From: Macrostomum lignano
Lineage: Eukaryota
NCBI GenBank assembly: GCA_002269645.1
Contig: NIVC01000434.1
Span: 186,001 to 250,000, forward strand
Direction of reading: 5' to 3'
DNA: 64,000 nt
Shown piece after piece: positions 50,431 through 62,063 of the stretch. Positions within the stretch are counted from its first letter, which is position 1. Each line of letters starts with the position of its first letter. Both the position numbers and the translations under genes were made by a program. The notes under the pieces are model-generated. The model saw nothing but the letters and a program-made list of their open reading frames with translations, was not told the DNA's origin and made no database searches.

Positions 50431-50675
50431 TGAGAGTAATAAAAAGCTCTAGTAAATAGAATTACGGGCGATACTAAATGTACAAGCGATGCCTTCACTT
50501 TCGTTGTTGACTTTTGTTATGTTTACGAGCTAAGAGCTAGTAGCTAGCTACTCGTACTACGTGCTAACTGGCCATAAATATATATAGTTTGTGCAGTGCA
50601 GTCATGCGCTCACAATTTTACTAGGAACTGTTATAAACATACGTAGTGGCATGAGTGGCCGTTACATCAATGTTC

Positions 50676-52703
50676 TGATGAGGACGCACCTTTTTTCAAT
50701 CTTAGAAACGCAAATTTTGCTTCGATGCGCTTTTCCCCTACTGTCAGTAGGCTAGCTTAGGAATTTCTCTCCATTCTCTCATCTAGGGCTAAGTTCTATA
50801 CTAATTTATGCCATTACTATTAATTATGTAAAATACTCAATGTACTTCTCATAGGATTCTAATTTTGGATTGTTTACGCATCTTTGAAGGTCAGACTGTC
50901 TGGGTTTGAGACGGATTGACCTCTAACAGTCTAGACAGGCGACACTAAGTCTGGGAAGAATGTTTTCAATCCCATTCTGACCCCCAGATTTGCGGCTTTT
51001 TCACTGTTTTCAATGATTTATGGCGGTCTCACTTTTGGCTCCAGCCTGTCTGGGTCAAAGAGGTCCTTCCAGCTTTCTCCCCACTCGCTCTGTTACTTTC
51101 TCCTTTGATTTATGGGCGTTTTGCTGTCACTTTTGGCGCCAGAATGTCTAGACAAGGGGCTTTTATTGCGTTTCGCTCATGATTTATGACCGCACCTGTC
51201 AACTTCCCTGGGGTCTGAAGGCCACCTGGTGGGGTGGGTTTTGGGGTCTTGAGCTCAGTCAATCAGAGTCGACCTGACTGCCTCCGGCTCGACTAATCAG
51301 AAAATTCGGCGCCTATTTTAACAAAAGCTCTCAGCCAATCAGAAAGTTCGGCGTGCGTCATAACAAATCGGCCGCGTGAGAGCTATAAAAGGCGGCAACT
51401 CGACCCGCGCTCGAGTTTGCACGCTTCCTGACCCTTCGGGTGTTTCCGGCCTTGCTGGTGTCTTGTTCCGGCTGCCCCTTCGGCACCTGGTCCCCCTTCC
51501 CCCGGCAGCTTGGCTTCAGCAGCTAAGTTTCCCCTCGAAAGGCATCGTCAGTACTTTCCGGCCGCGAACTAAGAGCAGCGTCGACCACCGGCAAGTGAAG
51601 AGCGACAGCGTCACCCGTCAGCTAAGATCAGCAGCAGCATTCCGTCTGAGCACTTCGGTCTCTGTGGATTCCTTGGCTACCGGCAGATAGGTCCTCTGAT
51701 TGGTTTGGTGAGAGACTTAATTTCTTGACCTGCTTAACTGGGTGCACCCTCTGTCTGACCCCTTTCTAGATAGTCTGATAGGATTTGCACTTCTGCTTAC
51801 TTGCTTTTGTGTGCCAATCTCGAGGCAGAAGTGTCAGTTAATATTAAAAGTAGTCATTTGCTCGAACTCAATCTAAAGGCCGGTTTAGGATTGCGGATTA
51901 AGGGAGAAAGTTAAATCTGGAAGTTAAAGACTTAGCGTTTTCTTTCTTTTTCGCAATGCCAGCTCAGATGAGCGGCTAGATCTAGGGGCAAAGGTCACAG
52001 CGGACCGGAAGCGGCACGGTTCCCAGTCAATCAGTCAATCTAAGAAATCATTATGTTAAGCATGCAAATTAAGTGCCAGACTTGTGCTTTCGAGCAGTCT
52101 CAGGCAGCTAAGCGGCTAAAGTAAGTTAAATATTAGTCTTACATCATCGCTATCTGTCGACGTGTTAACACATTTAGTGCCAAAAGCGTGCAGTTACGTG
52201 TACTTATACATGTACGAGTACTTCTGGGAATTTGGTAATAAAACAGTACTTTCAGTAGTGTATAAAGGCTCGCCAGCGCAAGAACCCCCTGCAGAAGTCC
52301 TCTCTGTCCCTGCATGGCCAATGCGATCTTAGTCCCAGCAGCGTCCCTCTACGTCGTATTCGGCTATGACTTCGAGATTTAGACAGCTAAAAGACACTAG
52401 ATGGCAGGTAAGTGCAGTGCCCCTCTAGTCGGAAGTCCGATTTCGATAGCTCCGGTTTGGTGAGCCGGGGCGCACGGACTGGTGGCAGCGAGTTAGTTAA
52501 TCTGCGGATTAACTAATTTCTACATTTCAAATTCTCCCTGGTTGTCTCTCGCTTTCTTCTCCTAGCTATAGGACCTTGCTGCTCGCCCACAATCTAGCTA
52601 CCACGGGGCTGACCATCTGACAGGAGTGAGAGGCCAGAGCTCTTAGTGATTCATTTCTGAGTTCGAGGCCCGAAGCTATAGGCTAAAAAGGCCAAACCCA
52701 TCA
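50676..52703 (+). mobile_element. Solo LTR B (2028 bp), TGATG..CATCA ends, 4-bp TSD GTTC
   Basis: GTTC|TGATGAGGACGCAC at 50672-50689 and AAACCCATCA|GTTC at 52694-52707; CCAAT at 51335 and TATAAAA at 51384-51390; homology to LTR A stops exactly at the CATCA end. Confidence 0.85.
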
Positions 52704-55130
52704 GTTCTGCAGTCTACTCAAATGGTGATTCTAATTAGGCTCATATCATTGCAATGGTTTTTTAATAGCAAGAAGTGCATGAAGAGGTCTGTACACTGCA
52801 CTGTGTATATGTAATTTAAAAAGGTACACATGTACATTGCATGTCAAATAAACCGAGATACTCAAGTTAACAGACAACACAAAGAACAAATTAAGTAAGA
52901 TGGCAAGTTGGCAACCAAATTCATACATGCTATTCCTAGTCCATAGATAAGGGATGCAGTCGAAAATCGAAATCTTTATATTTTCATTATCGTCATGATG
53001 ATGGTGATTGACAAAATCTGTAAGATAATTATACATTTTATGACGACTTGGACCAAGGGCAAGGGAATATTTAGGAGATCCCTCTGGGGGATAGGGCCAT
53101 TTCAGCGATAAATTATTTTGGCGATAGACGTTTCGGCGAAATGCTTTATCAAATATAATTTATCGGTGTACGACTTTTTTAGGTACTAGTGTAACGATGT
53201 TGGTTTAGTAAAGTTTCTAAGTAGTGTACTTTGTTTACTTATAATTATTTAATTATTATTTGTACTTTACTTGCTTTTAAGTATGTCAATATATTATTTA
53301 TTTTTTGTTATACCGTACGCTCGTACAGTTCCAAGAATTTGTAGTGTTTAAACCGCGGGTAAAATTCAGTTTCGTTCATCTGGTTTTATATTTGGTTTAG
53401 TTTAGTTATATAATTTTTGTATTCATGTCAAATATAAAATTGCTTTATGCAATGAGCGATGCTAGGAGAATAGCAATTTGTTTTCTTTTGTTAGAAAAAA
53501 GTTCCCAATACCACACTCTAGATCAAATAGTAGCGCCAAACCTGGTTGATTTTGGCAATAAACTTTTTGGCGACAAGTCATTAATTAGGCTATAGCGACA
53601 ACCTTTTTGGCATCGTTGGCAACAAACCAAAAATCTATAGCAACAACATAGTAGGCTATATAGGCTTTATTTTTGAAAATATAATTTTTTTCATATATTA
53701 AATTGATTGGATAGGAAGCAATTATGAAAAGCTAGGCCTAACCAAAATTACAAAAAATCTACACTTATGTAACAAAGATATGTACATCTATATCACAGAT
53801 GTAAAAAAGTCATATAATAAAATATGGTCAAGCAATAAACATGGTAGTAGGCATGTGAGAATTTGTCATTTATCATAGTAATCGGGGCTGCAGTCATTTC
53901 GTCTGCCGCCTTTTTGTCTGCCAAAGAATTTTAGCAGACGAAACAACTTTTTTATTTATGTTTATTTTGGTTCACTTATTTAGTATTTTTTATGTAGGGA
54001 ATTAAAATAAATTAGTATAAGCAAGTTTTAAGTATGTTTTCTTATTTATATTGATACATTTTGTTTTTCTTCATTTTCTACGAAACCTAACTAACCTATA
54101 TAATACTAAGGTGGGGGTGGAGAAGAACTTTCTTAGGACAGTTGTTTTTGAATTTGCTGACACCAATGAGGTGGGGCGGATTCCTCGTTTGAATTGCCGC
54201 CAGCGTTGAGTTCGCACGAATAAAACCGAAAAAATGCGCAGACAAATCACAACAAAATTTCTTCTCCTGTTTTACTCCGACAGCCGGGTTCTCAAGTCCG
54301 GGGGGAGGGTAGTCGTAATCGTAGTGGAGCGGTCGTTAGCGGCGCGGTCGTTCAAAGCGGTGAAACAACAGAGATTTCTGACTTCGAAAATTGATGCGTC
54401 GGTTATCTGAACTCGTTACTTTCAGTAGGGTAGTTGCTGCCACCACTGTAATTTATGTATTATGGAACGAATAAGTCTCAGAGCTTTCTTCGAGATGAGA
54501 ACTTTGGTTATTTTATGCCCCACGGGCAAATGACTCAAGAGAATACTATGGCCTTGGAATAGTGAATAAATATAGTTAATTATTGGAATTTATTAGATTG
54601 ACTTATTTCAAGCAGGCTGGATAATAAAATAAATATTACATGACACTACGCGGATGAGATGCGGGCCGAGGTCGAAAAATGTTTCGACTGGGCTTAAATG
54701 AGCAGAAAACAGTAGCACTAAATTTGAATGGTAGTAGAAGAAGTAATAGAAGGAGCAGTTGAAGGAGCAGTTAAAGGAGCAGTTGAAGGAGCAGTTGAAG
54801 GAGCAGTAATATAAATCATCACTTTAAATAGAGGGGAGTGACTGGTCACGCAGTGGGAACAGAGGCTGGGCATGCACAGTGGGAGAGAAAATCACGTAAA
54901 AGGGGCGGCTTAAACACATAGGAAAAAAACAAAATTACGGCATACATCCAACTCTGTGTAAGCAGTACATGTTGCGGGTATAGACAGAAACCAACATCGG
55001 GAGTGATGTCACTCCAATAAAGGGGGAAATGCAGCGGTTCACCATGCACATGCAAAAATTAAACATGCCAAATTCCAGTCATCGCATCTTACGTGGCAAC
55101 CCGCCTGCCACATGCGTGGGGCAGCCGGCA

Positions 55131-55756
55131 TTACTGGCGAGAATTGGCAGCTCCTGCTGCCGTTGTACGCCCTCGGCCGCATCCGGTTGGGCGAGGGTCG
55201 TGCGGTTGGTCCTCAGTTGGGGCTCGCTGGGGCGGTTGGGGTGGCGCATTGACCGGCACCAAGTTGACAACTGGGGGCCATCCTTGGATGGTAATGCGAC
55301 TGTCGATAATGCAGAGCCTCTCCGGGTACTTCTCGATGGCCGCGTCCCAGAAGGCTCTCAGATGCTTGTCCCAGCCGGCCTTCAGATGTCTGGCTTCAAA
55401 ATATGCCAGCGTGAGAAAGAACGCTAGGGCCAGTCGGGGCTGGCCTTTCTGCCGGAGGTGTTCTTTGGCTCGGCCTAACTGTTCGTCAAGAAGGTCGCGT
55501 GTGGATGCCGGAGGCATGATGCTACAGAGTTGCCATCAATTTGCACCCGGCCCTTCTCGACGGCTTGTGTGAAGGCGTGGAACAGTGCCTGTCGTAGGCG
55601 GATGCACGCCGGTGCTGCTCCGGTCGCAGCTGCGTTGAACACTCGGAGAGTAGACGCGTCCTCCTGACTGAGCCACGGTGCCCAGTGCAGGGTAGCCTCC
55701 AAATCAGACGCGCGAAGGGCAGGGTCGCTGGTTGATGATTGATTTGAGCAGGACAT
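55131..55756 (-). CDS. Putative accessory ORF(s) 3' of gypsy pol, two overlapping frames (55756-55475 and 55517-55131)
   Basis: GC-rich protein-like block on the element strand; helical-looking text (IRLRQALFHAFTQAVEKG; LALAFFLTLAYFEARHLKAGWDKHLRAFWDAAIEKY); no family recognised. Confidence 0.4.
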
Positions 55757-56759
55757 GTTGTTGCAGTGGTACACAAAAATAAATAAATAAAACTAAAGGG
55801 GTAAGCAAAATATTTACAGGAGGATCTAATTACAAGTGGACAATGGGGATAGCGCAGTCGAAATAATAGTAGCCGAAGGAGATAGATAGCACAGAGGCAA
55901 ATTACAATTTGAAAAATTGGACCAGAGATAAATCGCGGCCTTAAATATGACAAAATCCACCCGCTGCTAGAGAAGGTTTTCCAACCACGGGGGATGACCA
56001 CCACCCCGCTTGTACTCTATGGCGGGCACACACGGAGGTGGGGTAGGTGACTAATAGTAGTCATAAAACAGATAGCTAACCGCGGCAGGGGGGGGGGTCC
56101 AAATTGAATGAAATCAGGGCGCCTTAAACGGCTCACATAAAAAGGGGTCAGCTGTTAGAAAACTGAATAAAGCGTAAACAGTAACAACTAAAGGAGCAAT
56201 TGGCGGGCTCCTTCATACTAAGATAAAATATAATAGGATAAGTTAGCGACTGATATAATCATGTGGGGGCTCCATAAGGAGTTACAGGAACAGGGGCTTA
56301 CAAAAGGCACTGGGAAAGGGAGCCAAATTAGCAGCCCCTAAGACGTTCCCAGGCTCGAACAAAATCAAACAAAGAAAAGGGGTCAAGTCCTCAAATGGCC
56401 TCCGCTGAGGACAAGCCTAGATCTGGGCGCTTGACCTGAACGAGGCATAGAAAGCTTGGCCCATAAACAGCGGGCTCACAAATAGCAGAGAGAGAGGGGG
56501 AATACTTCTGCACTTTGATAGTGTGCGGAGAAGTTTACAATTCAAACGGATGCGCAGAATTCAACTGAAATTGCAAAATAATTTTACTGTATTGCCTTGA
56601 TTAAATATCGCATATTGTCGCGTCAGATAAATATAATCGCATTGGTGCGAGCTTTTGCCAAAAAGCTTAAGGATAAATAGAGAGAGCTTGCGGTGCTGAA
56701 TTTAATGTAACGCATAAGGCTAACAAAATTGAGCACTATACAAGAGCACAGAGAAATAC

Positions 56760-57230
56760 GCACTGCTTTTACCTGAAAGCATAAGGAGAACGGCAAAAAT
56801 AACAGCAATTGATACCTGCTTTTGTCCTGGAAAGCATAAGGCATTGGCAAAATTGAGAAATAACAACTGCTTTTGACCCTCAAGCATAAGGAGAAATACA
56901 CCAAATGAAACCTGCTTTTATCCTGAAAGCATAAGGAAAGTACATTGAAAATTAAAATTAGCGCCTGCTTTTATCCTGAAAGCATAAGGAAACAGCAAAA
57001 TTGAAAAATGACACCTGCTTTTATCCCAAAAGCATAAGGAAACAGCAAAATTGAAAAATGATGCCTGCTTTTATCCCGAAAGCATAAGGAAACAGCAAAA
57101 TTGGAAAAATGAATGCCTGCTTTTATCCTGAAAGCATAAGGAAACAGCAAAATTGGAAAAATGAATGCCTGCTTTTATCCTGAAAGCATAAGGAAACAGC
57201 AAAATTGAAAAATGAAGTTTAAAAATCTGC
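56760..57230. repeat. 50-52 bp tandem repeat (CCTGCTTTTATCCTGAAAGCATAAGGAAACAGCAAAATTGAAAAATGA) in the gypsy 3' non-coding region
   Basis: Starts at 56964, 57014, 57064, 57116 and 57168, with degenerate copies upstream. Confidence 0.9.
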
Positions 57231-57325
57231 TTTCAGCATAGAGCGAGTGCCGAGAAAGCTTACAGCAAACTAAAATTGAAAATGCGTTCGCACAGGTGAC
57301 TACTGACAGTAATGCGCATCAAAAG

Positions 57326-60300
57326 TTAGTAACTCGGCGCAATATCAAATTCGATGGTAATTACCTTAGATCTCGAGCTCCATACCAATGTCAGGCAGAT
57401 CCGGGTCGCCTTCGGGCAGCACTTCCGGATGGCGGAGGCTCGGCTCAAACAATTGGCTGCCGCGCAGATCAGGCTGAGCTGCGGCTGGCTGTTCTGGAGT
57501 GGACTGATCGGCTGGTTCAACTTTGCTTTCATCACTCAACTCGCAGGGCAGCATTGGCCGTTCTGTCTGATGCGGCGGCTTCTGCGGTCTGTCGGCCATC
57601 ATCTGTGGCACCTTGATGATGTTGTTGCGGTGTACGAGCATTTCTGCGGGGCGTCCATGTCAGGCTGTCGCAGGCTGGATCCAATAGGCTACTTTGCCGA
57701 CCTTTCTGTTAACCTTGTACATACTCTTGTACAGTCGGTGCGGTGGAACTTTGGCAATTTGCCCAACTCGAGCTTCGGGTTGGCTAAGCAGACCAGATCT
57801 CCGGGCTGCAGTTCCATGGGCTTGGGTCGGTTCTCGTAATATTCTTCGCGGCGTTGGATCTCAGCTCGCAATCGCTGTCGCACAATCCTCTCGGTCTCGG
57901 CCAGTCTGCGCTGATGCTTCGCGATGTACTCGGGGAGGTCCAGCGATACGTCCAAGCAGTCTAGGGTGTTGTCGATTGGGTACCAATAAGGCACTCCGTA
58001 AACAACGTAATGTGGCGAGAATCCCGTTGTACGATTGACAGCTGATCGCAAGGCTGTCAAAGTGGCTGGCAGCATCTTGTCCCACTGTTGATGATCTTTG
58101 GGCGAGTTTGGGCGATCCCAGGGCGAGTATGGCGGCATCGTTGTCTGCCGGATGCCATAGACTTCGCAGAAATGTCAAAACTCGTGCCCAGTGAACTGCT
58201 TGCCTTGGTCCGAATGGATCCACGCGGGGATTCCGGTGATCGGGAAGACTTGTTCCTGCAGCAGAGTTATGATCGTCTTGGCCCGCTGATTCTTCATGGC
58301 GAAGGCGAATAGATATTTCGACGTAGTGTCAACATAGGTGAGGATGTACTTGTTGCCTCAGTCTGTCGGGTCGCCAGTAGGGCCCATGATGTCGATTGCG
58401 CATTGCCCATAGATTTCGCAGACCGGAAACGATTGTACATGCACTGGGATGCGTCGCCGTCCTTTGCTCTGAGTGCAGGTCTGGCAGGAAGCAACATAGT
58501 CGGACACAGCCTTGGCCAGGGCCGGTCATCAGAACCTCTCGCGCACCTTCGCGATGGTGAGATCTCGGCCCATGTGTCCGCAATAGGGTGAACCATGCAG
58601 GTCGGCGAACACCGTGGCATCGAGACTCTTTGGCAGGACGATCCTTGCTTTATCCTCTTCGCCAACATCGTCGAGATGGATAACTAGTAGTCCGTCGTCT
58701 CGGACTTCCAATTGCTCATAGAATGCTAGGAGATTTCTCTCGTCTCTCGTCAGGTTTAATCGCTGATTCAGCGGCGGCTTCGGTTGTCAACTTTCGATTA
58801 AGTTAATCAGCATCGCAATAGCAGAGTCAGCTCGCTGACGGGTCTGGAGCTCCTCGCGAGTGACTGGCCTTGGAATGTGATCCGTTAAATTCAAAGTTTG
58901 GCATTGGTTAGTCGGATTAGTCAGCGCAGCTTCAGCTGTGGCGGCGTGGTTCGGGGTCGGGAGCTCCCTCTGCACGATCGCTACTCTGGCCTGTTGCCGG
59001 GTCGTTGAAGAATTTGAAGGCCGATCTTCGTCGGTCATGTCAGCGTTGGCTTCGTTAGCATTAGATTCGTCAGCAGATGAGAGTGAGTCAGCGGAACTGT
59101 CGATATCAAGGCTGAATCTCACCTTCTTGAACTCAGGATGGCAAGCGGGTTGGCAGCGGTCTTCGCTGGCTACGCTGTGGTCGCTATCCTTGTCGCCTTC
59201 AGCTAGTAGCCGGCGGCTCCTTGACGGGCAACATGTGCTGCTGAAGCTGGTGGGCGACCTCTGTGAGTCCCGATAACGACTGGCAGATGGCCTCGACTTC
59301 GTCGCCGGTGGATGCAGCTCTGTCAGCGGCTTGCTGTCGGCTGTTGGTGTTGCAGGCGGCGTAGTCTCGCCGTTGGACTCAGTTGATTTCGTCGGCGGCT
59401 TTTGTCGGTGAAGGCGGGTCGGTTGCTTCTTGCTTGGTGGAGGACTAGGGTGGCTGCTGTCGTGGACCTTCGGCGCCGCTGCGCCAGTTATCGTGGCTGG
59501 CTGCTTACTTTGGTCCTCGACTGCAGCCTCTCGCTGAGCCTCCTCCAAACATTCATCGTCATCCTCAGGCCGTCTTGAGAGACTGTTGGCATTCTGATGC
59601 TGACTTGATTTTCGATGCTGGATCTGGAACTCGAATTCACTTAGGCGCTGTAGCCATCGTCCAAAAATTCCTTCTTGCTGAGTTCGTCAGAGAATCCAGG
59701 TTAACGCGGCATGATCGGTTCGGCAGATGAACTTCTTGGCCAGCAGGTAGAATCGAAAGTGTCGCATCCCATCTATGACTGCCAAGAGTTCCTGTTTAGT
59801 GATTGGATGCCGGGCTTCGGCTGGTTTGAGTCGCCGGGAGAAATAGCCAATTGGTCGCTCAACTCCATCAGCTTGGCGTTGGCTCAGGCAGGCTCCGATT
59901 CTGGTCGCAGAAGCATCCATGTCCAGGATAAACATTACACTAGGATCCTCGCTGAATTGCGGATACGCGAGCACTGATGTCGAAATCAAGGCTGCTTTGA
60001 GCTGGTTGAACGCATCTTGCTGGGCTTTTTCCCATAGACAATTGAAATTTCAGATTTTCTTCTCTTTGATTAAATCGTGGAGCGGAGCAGCAAGTTCTAC
60101 GTAGCCAGGTACAAATTTAGCATAATAGGCGCACGTGCAGACAAAACTTTTAAGTTGTCGGGCTGTTCTTGGTCTTGGCCAGGTTTGAATTGCCTCAATC
60201 TTCGCCAGATCGGTCTTGATTCCGTCCTTCGTTACCACATGTCCCAGATAGTTTAGACTTTCCCGAAATAGATGGCACTTTTTGCCTTTGAACTTTAAGT

Positions 60301-61740
60301 TAGCTTCTTGGACTCGCCTAAATACCTCTTCCATATGCTGCAGATGGTCCTTAAATTTCTTAGAATAGACGATTACATCATCCAGGTAGGCGATAGCACT
60401 TTTATAGGCAATCCCGTTGAGAACAGTGTTCATGAGGCACATGAAGCTGGCTGGTGCTGAGCTGAGTCCCATTGGCATAACATTGTAGGCAAATTGTCTG
60501 CGGTGCAGCGTAGCGAAGGTAGTCAGATCTTGATCCTCTGGACGCAGCGGAATCTGATAGTAGCCGCTATTGAGGTCGAACATACTGAATAGCTGGCTTC
60601 CTTCGAGGCTGGCAAATGCTTCTTGGATATTAGGAATCGGGTACAGAAAGTACTCGCACTTTTGGTTCAGACTCCTGAAATCTTGTACAATTCTTAGGCT
60701 GCCGTCCTTCTTCGGGATGATCACCAGTGGGGTGTTGTAGCTGGAGAAGCTTGGTCGAATCACGCCTTTGGCAAGTAGATTGTCGAGTAGCTGATCCACT
60801 TTGGGCAGCAGATGCGGCGGGATCCTTCACGTCGGGAGATGCACCAGATTAGTGTCCTTTAGCACAATACTGTGGGTGACCAGATGAGTTCGGCCGAGAT
60901 CGTGTGGCCCTTAAGAGAAGATGGTCTTGTACTTCTTTAATAACTCGATGACCTGAGCGTGCTGGTCACTGGACAGGTCCTCGCTAATGTCGATCTCCTT
61001 GAGCCACGCGTCAGGATCCTCGTCTTGGATTTGGTTGACCGAGTCTTCTGACTTCAACGGAAAGAAATGTAGCTCAGGCAGTCTGATGGGTCTCGCAATC
61101 CTGACTAGGACATTCGCTCGCACTTTGATGGCTGTAGTGCCTTGGTTAATCATCTCGATGGCACCTTCTCTGTTAGCCATAGAAATCAGGGCAGGCGCGG
61201 CGTCCAGATGCTGCACATCTTCTTCGCGCCAAGCCGGTTTCAGCGGCTTGATCACAGCAGGTGTACCCTGGTTTTCTTTGTGTCCTTTAGCTAGCTTGAT
61301 TTTTATCCAGGCTGATGATAGCGGCGGCACAGTTGTGCTCTCAGCCGTGTAGATTCTGCACGTGGTGGCTTCAGTTCGCGTATAGCGGAGTGGTGCGGCA
61401 GTGCCGTCCTTAAAGAACAGCATCCCGGCGGCGAGATCCAGGGAGGTGCTGTACTTCTCAAGGAACTCGAAGCCCAAGATGTTGTCATGCAATCCTTTCG
61501 CTAGCAGAAACTTGACGGTAGGCTCGAAATTTCCGATCTTCACTTTGATAATTAATTCTCCTGCCATCTGGATAGGTTCACCATTGTAGGTCACAATGCG
61601 CTGTAGGCAGGGCTTGATTTGGCCACGCAGGGTTGGGTCGTGGGTTCATAGGCGGTGCCAGGTGCTGAAGCCTAGGACTTTGCATTTGGAACCGGTGTCA
61701 AGCAAGAAAGCAAAATAACAACCTTGAATCTCACCAGTTA
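57326..61740 (-). pseudogene. Gypsy pol (protease about 61740-61400, RT about 60830-60050, RNase H about 59990-59600, integrase about 58760-57690), frameshifted
   Basis: Domain motifs are split across ORFs 60911..61594, 60050..60799, 59687..59989, 58529..58711 and 57689..58138. Confidence 0.92.
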
Positions 61741-62063
61741 GAAATGGATCCCTTCGAGGTCGCTTAGGTACAGAGTTCTGTACAGGTGCGGCGGAGGCGG
61801 TCTCAGCAATGGCCTGCTGAGCGACTAAAGTCCACGGCGGGGACTTTAGTGCTGGCTCGGCTGCTGGATGGCGCTGCCCCCGATGGCGCGTCCAGCCATC
61901 CCGTTTCCCGAGCTGCCGTTGCGCTGGGACGCGGTGCTGGCCGACCGTCGGTGCAGGCATTCGTCGGCGCGATGCTCGCGGTTGCACCTGTAGCACATTG
62001 CACTTTGTCGCTGCAGCTGATAGGGCGGCGGGCGCAAACTCGACTGCGGCTGCTGCTGCTGCT

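Noticed and set aside
50676-52703. Idea that LTR B is the 3' LTR of the gypsy element at 57326-64000
   Set aside because: Opposite orientation, and it has its own TSD on both sides, so it is an independent solo LTR
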